Of a DNA stretch of 21,029 nt, positions 9,110 through 17,776 are shown one piece after another. Numbering within the stretch: the first letter of the stretch is position 1; each line of letters opens with the position of its first letter. The translations under genes were made by a program, and so were the position numbers. The stretch spans positions 1-21,029 of the forward strand of contig JBDRLP010000029.1 of NCBI GenBank assembly GCA_043812975.1. The letters are read 5' to 3'. The notes beneath the pieces are model-generated. The model was not told the origin of the DNA, did not search any database, and saw only the letters and a program-made list of their open reading frames with translations. Source of the stretch: Candidatus Iainarchaeum sp. GTDB taxonomy: Archaea; Iainarchaeota; Iainarchaeia; Iainarchaeales; Iainarchaeaceae.

Positions 9110-10639
9110 ATGAGTCCGGAAAGTAGCTATTCCCAGAATTTAAGAATCAGAACTATTGATATACTGTCAGGAAAACTGATTGTGGTTCTGAACGAAATTG
9201 ATGCTAAAGAACTCGGAGTAATGCCACTCGAAAGAGTAGAACTCACAAACCTAAGAAATAAAAAAACCGTAAACGCAGTCGTTGATGTTACTGACACAAT
9301 GATTGAAGAAAACGAAATAGGAATATTCAAGGATGTTCATAAAATTCTTGGAACTAAAAACGGAAGTATTGTACGAGTACGACCAAGCGGAAAACCAAAA
9401 AGTATTGAATTTATCAAGAAAAAAATGGATGGATATAAACTAAACCAGGATCAGTTAAAACAGATAGTGAATGATATTGCATCTAACAAGCTGAGTGAAA
9501 TAGAAGCAACAGCGTTTATATCCGCAGTATACATGAAAGGTTTTGATTTAGAAGAAACCGTGTTCATGACACAAGCACTTATTGAAAACGGAAAAACACT
9601 TGAGATTCCGAATGCTACAGTTGTTGATAAACATTCAATCGGGGGAACCAACGGAAGAGCAACAATGATAATAGTCCCTATTATTGCAGCCGCTGGTTTT
9701 GCAATACCAAAAACAAGTTCAAGATCAATAACATCAGCATCAGGAACAGCAGATGCAATGGAAGTTCTTGCAAATGTTTCGCTTTCATTAAACAAGATAA
9801 AAGAGGTTGTTGAAAAAACAGGAGGCTGTATCACATGGGGAGGCGCAGTTGAATTAGCTCCGGCAGATGATAAAATAATAAAAATAGAGTACCCGCTTTC
9901 ACTAGACCCTGAAGGCCAAGTCATTGCCAGCGTAATGGCAAAAAAAGCAAGTGTAGGGGCAAAGTATGTTGTAATAGATCTTCCTGTAGGACCTTTTGTA
10001 AAAGTTCAGTCAAGAGACAAAGCAGAAGAAATGGCTTTGAAGTTTATAGAAGTAGGGAAAAAGTTTGGAATAAAAGTAGAAGTTGTTCTTACTAACGGCT
10101 CAGAACCAAGCGGAAAGGCTTTCGGACCGGCATTGGAAGCAAAGTATGCTTTAGAAATACTTGAAGGAAAATTTTTTGATAATTTAGCCCAAAAATCAGT
10201 TGAGTTAGCAGGAGCATTGCTTGAATTAACCGGACAGGTTTCAAAAGGAAAAGGCTTTGAAAAAGCACTTAATATTTTAGAATCAGGAGAAGCACTTGCA
10301 AAAATGAAAAAAATAATAATAGCTCAAGGAGGAAAAATAGTTTCTTCTGGACAAATTAGCGAAGCCAAATTCAAAAAAGCATTTGTTTCAAGGCATTCAG
10401 GAGAAATAAGTTCAATTAACGTTGGTTTACTGAATAAAGTTGCAAGACTAGCAGGAGCTCCTTCTCACAAAAAAGCAGGTTTAATGCTTAATGTTGAACA
10501 AGGAAACAAAATAAGCAAGAACCAAGTACTGTTTGAAATTTATGCAGAAAACAAAAGAAAATTGGAAGTAGCTTACGATTTTGCAAAACGAAACCAGATT
10601 GTTTCATTGAAAAGAATTATTCTTGAGAAATTTTCTTAA
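9110..10639 (+). CDS. AMP phosphorylase (archaeal thymidine/AMP phosphorylase family)
   Basis: N-terminal extension plus DKHSIGG, PKTSSRSITSASGTADAME, WGG...LAPADD, SVMAKK, ARLAGAP. TTTAAAAA at 9080-9087 lies upstream. Confidence 0.93.
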   Translation: MSPESSYSQNLRIRTIDILSGKLIVVLNEIDAKELGVMPLERVELTNLRNKKTVNAVVDVTDTMIEENEIGIFKDVHKILGTKNGSIVRVRPSGKPKSIEFIKKKMDGYKLNQDQLKQIVNDIASNKLSEIEATAFISAVYMKGFDLEETVFMTQALIENGKTLEIPNATVVDKHSIGGTNGRATMIIVPIIAAAGFAIPKTSSRSITSASGTADAMEVLANVSLSLNKIKEVVEKTGGCITWGGAVELAPADDKIIKIEYPLSLDPEGQVIASVMAKKASVGAKYVVIDLPVGPFVKVQSRDKAEEMALKFIEVGKKFGIKVEVVLTNGSEPSGKAFGPALEAKYALEILEGKFFDNLAQKSVELAGALLELTGQVSKGKGFEKALNILESGEALAKMKKIIIAQGGKIVSSGQISEAKFKKAFVSRHSGEISSINVGLLNKVARLAGAPSHKKAGLMLNVEQGNKISKNQVLFEIYAENKRKLEVAYDFAKRNQIVSLKRIILEKFS

Positions 10640-11441
10640 AAACATTAACAAAGTCTTCTGTTTCCAAAAGATTAGTTTTAATATCTTCTAATTCGAAATC
10701 AACACAAACTTGCATCGGATCAATTTTCTTAAAATCTGATTTCATTGATTTTGCACAATTTTTGAGAGAATTTGAAAAGTTTTTGTTCTTGTAACGAAAA
10801 ACATTCTTTAGGAAAATAATATATTTTGGGAAATTTTTTAGCATAGTATTTTTGTTTTTTCTTTTTAGCTTTAACAAAGAAGAATAAGTTTCTGGTTTTG
10901 GAAAAAAAGCTTTTGGAGAAACATTCTGAATAATAATTTCTGGTTCAAAAAGCTGATCAGTTAGTACTGAGAGAAAAGAATATTCCTTAAAGCCCGGTTC
11001 TGCAACAAGCTTCTCAACAAACTCTCTTTGAAAAACCAATAAGGCTGATTCAAAATCCTCCTTAAACAACCTAACCATAATATCTCCAGAAATATTGTAT
11101 GGAGGCAAAGCAACTATTTTGTTGAATTTTGGCAATTTAACAGTAATTATGTTTCCCTCTACTAATTGGAAATTTTTTTCAGAAGAAAACCTGGATTTCA
11201 GGATTTCTATCATTTTTTCATCTAACTCAACACCAATAACTTTGCAGTGTTTAAGTAATTCCTTAGTAAGAGAGCCGGAACCGGAACCTATTTCCAGAAC
11301 AACATCTGTTTTTTTGAGTTTGGCTTCAGAAACCATTTTTTCAACCAGATTTTCATCAATAATAAAATTCTGAGAAAACTTCTGGTTTGGCCTGAACCTA
11401 TAGTCAACCATAAACTGGTTTAAATCTGACATTAAAGACAT
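10617..11441 (-). CDS. rsmA: 16S rRNA m6,2A dimethyltransferase (KsgA/Dim1)
   Basis: QNFIID, VLEIGSGSG.LT, VELD, PYNIS, QREF..KL.A.PG, F.PKP; conserved position after DUF655. The 3' end overlaps AMP phosphorylase by 23 bp. Confidence 0.9.
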   Translation of the reverse strand: MSLMSDLNQFMVDYRFRPNQKFSQNFIIDENLVEKMVSEAKLKKTDVVLEIGSGSGSLTKELLKHCKVIGVELDEKMIEILKSRFSSEKNFQLVEGNIITVKLPKFNKIVALPPYNISGDIMVRLFKEDFESALLVFQREFVEKLVAEPGFKEYSFLSVLTDQLFEPEIIIQNVSPKAFFPKPETYSSLLKLKRKNKNTMLKNFPKYIIFLKNVFRYKNKNFSNSLKNCAKSMKSDFKKIDPMQVCVDFELEDIKTNLLETEDFVNVFKKISQE

Positions 11442-11462
11442 AACTAAAAAATTGAGATTTAT

Positions 11463-12044
11463 TCAAAATCTTCTTCTTGGCCTGAACTCTCTATCTCTTG
11501 AAGGCGGCCTTACGAATAAATAATACTTAACATCCATGCCTTCAAGTTCTTCCACAATTCTTTTTACCAAAGCATGTTTTGGATTAGGAACAGAATGAAC
11601 CCTTTTTTTAATATCATCAAATGAAGTAAAGGCTCCTTTTTCTCTTTGCTCAATAATCTGAAGCATGTGCTTTTTACCCATTCCAGGTAAAAGTTCAATC
11701 TGATGCCTTTTCAAAGTAATGCTTTTTGAATTATTGAAAAAGTCAACATATTTCTTTTCAGAATCACTGGCTATTTTTTCAATAGCATTCTCTAAATCAG
11801 CCAAAGAAGTATTTGTTAAGTCCTTATAAGAAATTCTTTTCTTGATAAAATCAATCTTAGGCCTTTCATCCTTACCAACATAAACCTCTTCAAGAGATTT
11901 TAAACTAACATTTTCCTTAGGAACAACTTCCAAAAGAGTAAAGTATTCAGTTCCTATAAGCTGTGCTATAGGTTCTGTTTTGTAATCAGAACTCCTGCCC
12001 CTTGCAAGATAATCTAAAACTAGTGCTTTTTCTTCAACCTTCAT
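11463..12044 (-). CDS. DUF655 family putative RNA-binding protein
   Basis: VLDYL, AQ.IG..YFTLLE, HQIELLPGMGKK (helix-hairpin-helix), KYYLFV; conserved rpl21e-rpoF-DUF655-ksgA synteny. Confidence 0.92.
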   Translation of the reverse strand: MKVEEKALVLDYLARGRSSDYKTEPIAQLIGTEYFTLLEVVPKENVSLKSLEEVYVGKDERPKIDFIKKRISYKDLTNTSLADLENAIEKIASDSEKKYVDFFNNSKSITLKRHQIELLPGMGKKHMLQIIEQREKGAFTSFDDIKKRVHSVPNPKHALVKRIVEELEGMDVKYYLFVRPPSRDREFRPRRRF

Positions 12045-12069
12045 AGTAACACCTGAAAATTAGTTGATT

Positions 12070-12411
12070 TTATTTTTTCGCGTGCTTTGAAGTTAACTCA
12101 ACAACCTGTTTGAGTTTTTCATCGTCAAGGTTAGGGTTTGTCCTGTAAGCTATTAGTTTAGCTGTATCCAAATCAGTTGGAAGAATATCTACTGCTTTAG
12201 TAATAAAATCGTCGTCCAAACCTTCAATTGCCTTTAAGTCCTTCAAAAGTTTTTCACCTTTAGAAGTACTTACTTTAGCAAATTTTTTAGAATAATCAAA
12301 CGCAGCCTGCTGTTCATAACTAAGCTCTCCATCCTTATTTCTTTCAGATAAAATCTGCTTTAACTCGAATAAGGGAATATTTTCCTGAGAAACTATCTTT
12401 TTTCCAATCAT
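12070..12411 (-). CDS. rpoF: DNA-directed RNA polymerase subunit F (Rpo4)
   Basis: MIGKKI, ELSYEQ..A.DY..KF.K, K.VDILP; synteny. Confidence 0.93.
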   Translation of the reverse strand: MIGKKIVSQENIPLFELKQILSERNKDGELSYEQQAAFDYSKKFAKVSTSKGEKLLKDLKAIEGLDDDFITKAVDILPTDLDTAKLIAYRTNPNLDDEKLKQVVELTSKHAKK

Positions 12412-12737
12412 GCCGCCACCTTTTCCTTTTCAACAATTTTTTCCTCTTGCTTTTCAACAGTTTGAGAAACATCCAAATGAGCAGGGCCAACAACTAATTT
12501 TACACCCTGTCTTTTTAATTCAATCAAATAAGCACGCCCCTGCTTGCCAACAACTTCACCAGTAAAACCGTGGAATTTCTTATCAGGAATTCCCGAGTGT
12601 ACTGAAGACTCTATTCTGATATCCGCCTTAGAGCCAATAGGTATTTGCTGAAGTAACTTATTCACAGTTATCTTCCTTTTGCTCTTGAACTTATCTCTTG
12701 TTTTTGCTCTTTTTCCTTTTGCTTTTCTGTTTGGCAT
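12408..12737 (-). CDS. rpl21e: 50S ribosomal protein L21e
   Basis: KG.R.KTR, SVHSG.P...FHG.TGEVVGKQGRAY, PAHL. Confidence 0.95.
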   Translation of the reverse strand: MPNRKAKGKRAKTRDKFKSKRKITVNKLLQQIPIGSKADIRIESSVHSGIPDKKFHGFTGEVVGKQGRAYLIELKRQGVKLVVGPAHLDVSQTVEKQEEKIVEKEKVAA

Positions 12738-12855
12738 TTATATCACTATCAAAAACTTCGAATATAATAATCTGCAATAATAAGGTTTAAATAGGTGAGT
12801 TTTCAAGCTCAATTTACTTTAATTTTGCTAATTTTTCCAAAAAAACATTCCACGT
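12684..12855 (+). repeat. Direct repeat copy 1 (rpl21e 5' end + promoter + 3' remnant of upstream ORF)
   Basis: Aligns without gaps to 14889-15060 (offset 2205). 7 mismatches in the first 120 bp and 17 in the last 52 bp by manual count. Confidence 0.93.
12814..12855 (-). pseudogene. C-terminal remnant homologous to ORF 15019-15450
   Basis: Translates TWNVFLEKLAKLK* versus TWDIFLEELVKLG* at the end of the 15019-15450 ORF, with stop codons aligned at the same offset. Confidence 0.8.
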
Positions 12856-12863
12856 ACATGAAT

Positions 12864-13610
12864 TTAACTATTCGCCAAAATTTCTTTTTTCAGGTAATCA
12901 AAATCTTTTACTGCTAAAACGGTTCCCTGGCCATTATCCGGATCTATAAAAAAAACATGCCAATCATCCAATTCACTAAATGCCTTAAAAGGCCCACTTT
13001 GTGTTCTACGACACGAGTCATGAGATATAAGAATTCCTTTTAATGCAATTTTTGGCAACACAATTTTCAGTTCATTTTTAACATTTTCATATGAGTGATC
13101 ACTATCATGAAAAAACAAGTCAAAATTCTTAGGAGTAATTGTTGAAAGCAAAGAAAGCGGCTCTTGGCTCGCATGAAATTCTATATTATCATTCAATAGT
13201 TTTTTTGGTATCCCCCATCCCGCATTAGGATTTATGTCAGTTGTTATTACTTTACCAAAACCATTTTTTTTCATTGCCGATGAAAAATGAACTGCCGAAT
13301 AACCTGCAAAAGTCCCTGTCTCAACAACAACCTTTGGCCTTGTTAGTTGGGTAAAAATATATAAAAATATGCCAACATCAGGCTGAACAGAAATCGCTCC
13401 ACGAGCAAGTTTTTTAATTCCCATTACTTCCCATAACTTTCTATAAATTTTTCTTAAAATATTATCTTTAAGTTCGAAATTGTTTGCAGAAGAATACTTT
13501 TCTCCTAAAGTATGCCTGTATTCTTTGAGGAATTCGTTATATTTACTTTTTTTCAAACCTAATTCATTAACCAGAAATTTTTCAAAATTATCACAAAATA
13601 CACGTTTCAT
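12864..13610 (-). CDS. Class I SAM-dependent methyltransferase (Methyltransf_24-like, probably glycan-modifying)
   Basis: RPKVVVETGTFAGYSA, TTD, DLFFHDSDHSYE, GILISHD. Confidence 0.88.
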   Translation of the reverse strand: MKRVFCDNFEKFLVNELGLKKSKYNEFLKEYRHTLGEKYSSANNFELKDNILRKIYRKLWEVMGIKKLARGAISVQPDVGIFLYIFTQLTRPKVVVETGTFAGYSAVHFSSAMKKNGFGKVITTDINPNAGWGIPKKLLNDNIEFHASQEPLSLLSTITPKNFDLFFHDSDHSYENVKNELKIVLPKIALKGILISHDSCRRTQSGPFKAFSELDDWHVFFIDPDNGQGTVLAVKDFDYLKKEILANS

Positions 13611-13681
13611 AAAAAATTACTCTCAATTCATTAAACTATTTTTTTAATTATAAATGTGACTTATTTTAAATTGTTTTTAAT

Positions 13682-14818
13682 TTAAATATCAATTGTTTTG
13701 AAAAATGCCTTTTTTTGATGACGCCTATCAAAAATTGTTTCTGCCAGTATTCTATTATTCACACTGCTTTTTTCCAATAATTTTTTGTTACCCACAATTT
13801 TTTTGAGGTTTTGTGAAAATTCACTCCAAGAATAATCTATTCCCCCTACATTATTTTTTGAAAAAAACTTATCCAATTCAGACCCTTTTGGGCCTTTTGC
13901 AAGTATATGAAGTCCAGCAGCACAATAATCAAATAACTTAACAGGAAGACTTGTTCTGAGATAATCAGGCCATGGAAGAATACCTATTTCACAAGCTGAA
14001 AGATACTTATATACTTTAGCATAAGGTATATTTTGCCTTAAAATTATTTTATTACCTAATCCACTTTTGTTTATTTCTTCTTTTAAAACATCAAATTCTT
14101 TTTTACCGTATTTAGTGGAATCAAAAGCAATCAGAAGAAGAAGCCTCGCTTTTTCTTGCACTATAGGATCTTTAAATGAATCAATTAATTCCCCAGTTTC
14201 TTCAGTTCCAATACTACCCGCATAAACAACTAGAGTTTCTGATTCTTTTACACCCAACTCTTTTCTCATACGCTCTCCTTCTTTCTTGTCACGTCGCATT
14301 ACCTTAGTGTCAGTACCATTCATCACCATAACAAGTTTCTTCTTTTCAATCCCATAACTCTGAATTGCTTCAGCCATATCAGATTCAGTGAGAAACATTA
14401 GCCTATCCGAGAATAAATAAGTGAATCTTCTAAATAAAAGCAATAACTTGTTTTTGATTTTTAACAAAAAATTACCCAATCTCGGATTATAAACATCAGC
14501 ATCTTCTTTTGCATCAAGAATAAATTTTGCCCCTGTGATTTTTGATGCAACAAGCGCCTTGAAAGCAATCATAAGAGGCGGGGAAACACCTATAACTAGA
14601 TCTGGTTTTTCTTTCCACATAAATGAGAAAAAATCACGATCAGTAGTAAATCTCTTGTTTTTATTCAATTCCTGAACCATAGGTTTTTTTGGAGAAACTG
14701 TTTTTACAGAAAATCCCTTTTCTTCCAAAGAAGATTTGAAAAAATTTACTCTTAAAGTACATGCACCAGTTTCAGGTTCACAAAAAGGAGTTACAATTAC
14801 TGCTTTTTTTTCAGTCAT
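13682..14818 (-). CDS. Glycosyltransferase family 4 (GT-B)
   Basis: PDLVIGVSPP, NGTD, VYAGSIG, YLSACEIGILP...PVKLFDYCAAG; SD AGGAG upstream. Confidence 0.9.
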   Translation of the reverse strand: MTEKKAVIVTPFCEPETGACTLRVNFFKSSLEEKGFSVKTVSPKKPMVQELNKNKRFTTDRDFFSFMWKEKPDLVIGVSPPLMIAFKALVASKITGAKFILDAKEDADVYNPRLGNFLLKIKNKLLLLFRRFTYLFSDRLMFLTESDMAEAIQSYGIEKKKLVMVMNGTDTKVMRRDKKEGERMRKELGVKESETLVVYAGSIGTEETGELIDSFKDPIVQEKARLLLLIAFDSTKYGKKEFDVLKEEINKSGLGNKIILRQNIPYAKVYKYLSACEIGILPWPDYLRTSLPVKLFDYCAAGLHILAKGPKGSELDKFFSKNNVGGIDYSWSEFSQNLKKIVGNKKLLEKSSVNNRILAETIFDRRHQKKAFFKTIDI

Positions 14819-14885
14819 TTTTTATCTCCTGAAATTATTTCAGTTTTTTTAGAAATATCCAAAATGAGCCCACCAACAAATAATT

Positions 14886-14942
14886 TTACTTGAACTTATC
14901 TCTTGTTTTAGCTCTTTTTCCTTTTGCTTTTCTGTTTGGCAT
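14886..14942 (-). pseudogene. Truncated rpl21e 5' fragment (18 codons then TAA)
   Basis: MPNRKAKGKRAKTRDKFK* is identical in amino acids to the eL21 N-terminus, with one synonymous change (GCA/GCT). Confidence 0.88.
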
Positions 14943-15060
14943 TTATATCGCTATCAAAATCATTGAATATAATAATCTGCAATAATAAGGTTTAAATAGA
15001 TGGGTTTTAGGACTGCTTTTAACCTAATTTCACCAATTCTTCCAGAAAAATATCCCACGT
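14889..15060 (+). repeat. Direct repeat copy 2
   Basis: Gapless match to 12684-12855. Confidence 0.93.
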
Positions 15061-15450
15061 GCTCTTATACTTCGAAGCATCTTTTCTTCTAAACCGTCCA
15101 CTCGCTCTCGGATTTGCTTTTCTTGCTTCCAAAAACAAATCCAAAACATCAAACCTAAACCTACCGTGCGTTTCAGCTTCTCTTTTAAGAGCTACAGCAA
15201 CCTTTTGAGGAACCTTCAAAAATCCAGCAACAGTTTTTACATTCTCTGTACGCATAAAAGAAGCATATTCATCAGGCAACTTATAAGAACGTTTTCCGCC
15301 AAGAGATACTCTTCCTTTAGGAAAAATTTCAGAAACACCAGTTACGAGACGATGCTCTATTTCAGCAGCAGTCAGCGGACCAGTAAGCCATTCACCAAAA
15401 AATCTTCTTCTGCCAGGATTTTTGACTTCATTGATTTTTCTTCTACGCAT
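15019..15450 (-). CDS. Basic hypothetical protein
   Basis: Open ORF, probable start MRRRKINEVK at 15450 (ORF track starts at 15480). Its C-terminus is conserved in frame in the duplicated remnant at 12814-12855, which supports coding status. Confidence 0.7.
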   Translation of the reverse strand: MRRRKINEVKNPGRRRFFGEWLTGPLTAAEIEHRLVTGVSEIFPKGRVSLGGKRSYKLPDEYASFMRTENVKTVAGFLKVPQKVAVALKREAETHGRFRFDVLDLFLEARKANPRASGRFRRKDASKYKSTWDIFLEELVKLG

Positions 15451-15494
15451 AAAAACAATTACTCTAAGATAGTATATCAAAGTTTCCTATTTTT

Positions 15495-16097
15495 TTATCT
15501 TCTTGGCAGGCTTCCTTTTTCCGCTCGTGTCATTGGTAATTTTCCACTTCGTTTTGTAAGGACAATCTTTTCAGGACGTAATGGTTTTGAGGGAAACCTG
15601 ATGTTGATTTCTTTTTCCGCTTCTTTTATTACAAAATCAAAGAATTCAACTAAGTTTTCAAGTTCTTTTACACCGCGATTTTTGCCCCAAAAAGAAATAG
15701 TTTCCGAATACTCAATCATTCTTTGCACTTCTTTTATTTCAAGGTTCTTTTCAACAATAAAATTTTCTAACTTGCGTTTAGATGCAGTTTTAATGAATGA
15801 AAGAGTTTCAGCCCTAACCTCTTTTAATTTTCCAAGAGAACGAGCGCCCAAATAACCTCTAAGTTGTTTTTGCAATTCAAGTTGTTTAGGTGAAAGTCCT
15901 TCCATTCTTTGACTAGTCAGAATAATTTTTCCAGCACGCCCAACTGAATCATTTACTAACACTCTTTGCCAGCGCGGTGATTCAATTGCGCCAATCAAGG
16001 ATAAACCAACTGCCCCCCCTATTGCAACTGTTTTCTTGTTAATTGCTTTTTTGAAAGCGGAAGCTGATTTTTTTATCCTATTAATTGTTTTACCCAT
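15495..16097 (-). CDS. Basic hypothetical protein with N-terminal hydrophobic segment
   Basis: 200-aa ORF; Lys-rich N-terminus followed by VAIGGAVGLSLIGAI; TATA-like element at about 16121-16128. Confidence 0.7.
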   Translation of the reverse strand: MGKTINRIKKSASAFKKAINKKTVAIGGAVGLSLIGAIESPRWQRVLVNDSVGRAGKIILTSQRMEGLSPKQLELQKQLRGYLGARSLGKLKEVRAETLSFIKTASKRKLENFIVEKNLEIKEVQRMIEYSETISFWGKNRGVKELENLVEFFDFVIKEAEKEINIRFPSKPLRPEKIVLTKRSGKLPMTRAEKGSLPRR

Positions 16098-16199
16098 GGA
16101 AAAACAATGGTTTTGAGGATATTAAATTGTATCTCCTTTATGATAAACACTCTAAACCAATCCAAAAAGATTAAATAACAAAAAAGCCTTATTTATTGG

Positions 16200-17207
16200 A
16201 TGTCTTTTCACGCTATTGATTTGATTAGTCCTGCAATTGAAAAAACAAAGGCTTTTTTCACAGGCCCTGATTTGAGGACAAAATGGATAAAAATAGGAAT
16301 TCTTGTTTTCATATTTACTATTCTCTCAGGAGGCGGAGGAGGTTCTGGTGGAAATTTTGGTTCTCCGGGAGACAGCACGGAATTCAACGAAGTTGGGCCT
16401 CAAATACAATCAGCAATAGATTCAATAACTCCTGAAACATGGTCATTGATTATAACTGTGGCAATTGTTGGATTCATACTTCTTTTCCTGCTTGGAATAC
16501 TTCTGAACCAAATAAAAAATATCACTTTTTTTGCTATATTAGAAAGCCTGAAAACAAACAAAGTACTGATAGTTCCTTATTGGAAAAAATTCTGGGGAAA
16601 AGCAATCTCCCTGACAATCTTCAACACAATTATTGGCGTATTATCAATTCCATTAATATTTGGTCTTCTTTTTGTTGTTTTTGCAGGATTTGCATTGCTT
16701 TTCGGAATTGATATATCAGTATTCGGACCGCTTAAGTCACTTGTTACAATACCTGCATTGTTAATAATCGGATTAATAGTTTTTATCGGCATGATAGTAT
16801 TTTCATTAATCGGATTTTTGCTAACCCAGTTTGCAATGTACTGGATGCACATAAGTGAAATGAAAGCTTTCGAAGCATTCAAGAAAAGTTATCATCTTGC
16901 AGTAAAAAATCTTATGGAAGTAGTTGTCCTAATAGTAATGAAAACAATATTAGGAATCGCAATCGGAATAATATCAATAATAGGAGTAATAATTATTCTG
17001 ATTCCGTTTGCAATCATTGCAATAGTATTAGGAGTATTATTAGTGCCATTCATAATCGCTTCTCCAGCACTACTAATCCTCAGCATACTAATCCTTATAA
17101 TCGGCTTACTAATTTTCGCACTAATAGCAACAATAATCCTAGCACCACTAACAATATTCGAATTCAACTACAACCTAATGTTTTTGGATAAATTATTAGG
17201 GAAATGA
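16200..17207 (+). CDS. Multi-pass membrane protein of unknown function, resembling a conserved archaeal family
   Basis: About 6-7 hydrophobic segments; N-terminal AID...A...TK...W.K...SGGGGG pattern; TTAAATA at 16171-16177. Confidence 0.8.
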   Translation: MSFHAIDLISPAIEKTKAFFTGPDLRTKWIKIGILVFIFTILSGGGGGSGGNFGSPGDSTEFNEVGPQIQSAIDSITPETWSLIITVAIVGFILLFLLGILLNQIKNITFFAILESLKTNKVLIVPYWKKFWGKAISLTIFNTIIGVLSIPLIFGLLFVVFAGFALLFGIDISVFGPLKSLVTIPALLIIGLIVFIGMIVFSLIGFLLTQFAMYWMHISEMKAFEAFKKSYHLAVKNLMEVVVLIVMKTILGIAIGIISIIGVIIILIPFAIIAIVLGVLLVPFIIASPALLILSILILIIGLLIFALIATIILAPLTIFEFNYNLMFLDKLLGK

Positions 17208-17257
17208 GAAATACAACTTCCAGAAATTAATATAAAGCCTAAAAACATTCCTTTTTT

Positions 17258-17758
17258 ATGCGATTGCCAGGAAACAGAAGAATAGTCAGGTGGATGTTTG
17301 CGACTGGAGAGGGAGGGGCATCCCGGGGAAGATGGAAAGGAAAACCCAAAATACATACCCCAGAACCTGGGATAATAGTAATGTGCTTGTCTGGCGGCCA
17401 TTCTCTAGAAAATGCTAAAATATTGAGGGAAACACTGCGATTAATGCGTGAACGCCTCTCAAAAAGAATGCCTGGAGGAATACCGCTTCTCTTTGGAGAG
17501 GAAGCAACAAAATTAGAGAAAATGGCTGAAAAACTATTCAGGAGCAGTGGGAAGTTGTTAGCAGAAAACATCACTGGCGGGAAATCACCAGAGAGAGGGG
17601 AAATTTCCGGAATACTGAGAAAGTTAATTTTCCATTATGCCCAGTATTTTGAGAGTTATGAATTAATGGAAATAAGGGAAGAACGATTGGACGCAAAACG
17701 CAGAAATCCGGATACAAAGAGCAACACCAGACAACAGAGAAAAGAATGGAATCCCTGA
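17258..17758 (+). CDS. Hypothetical protein, paralog A of tandem pair
   Basis: 166 aa; shares PGI, IPLxFGEE, FRxxGxLxAxNITG and ILxxLIxHYxQY with the next ORF; TATA-like TTAATATAAA at 17227-17236. Confidence 0.8.
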   Translation: MRLPGNRRIVRWMFATGEGGASRGRWKGKPKIHTPEPGIIVMCLSGGHSLENAKILRETLRLMRERLSKRMPGGIPLLFGEEATKLEKMAEKLFRSSGKLLAENITGGKSPERGEISGILRKLIFHYAQYFESYELMEIREERLDAKRRNPDTKSNTRQQRKEWNP

Positions 17759-17776
17759 ACACAGGACTTTATTATT

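Noticed and set aside
15397..15420. Twin-arginine-like motif NPGRRRFF in the ORF 15019-15450
   Set aside because: No hydrophobic h-region follows (GEWLTGPLTAAEIE), so it is not a convincing Tat signal.
15166..15855. 229-aa plus-strand ORF and other short antisense or overlapping ORFs in the track
   Set aside because: They shadow better-supported genes and have the F/S/I-rich composition expected from the antisense of Lys/Glu-rich genes.
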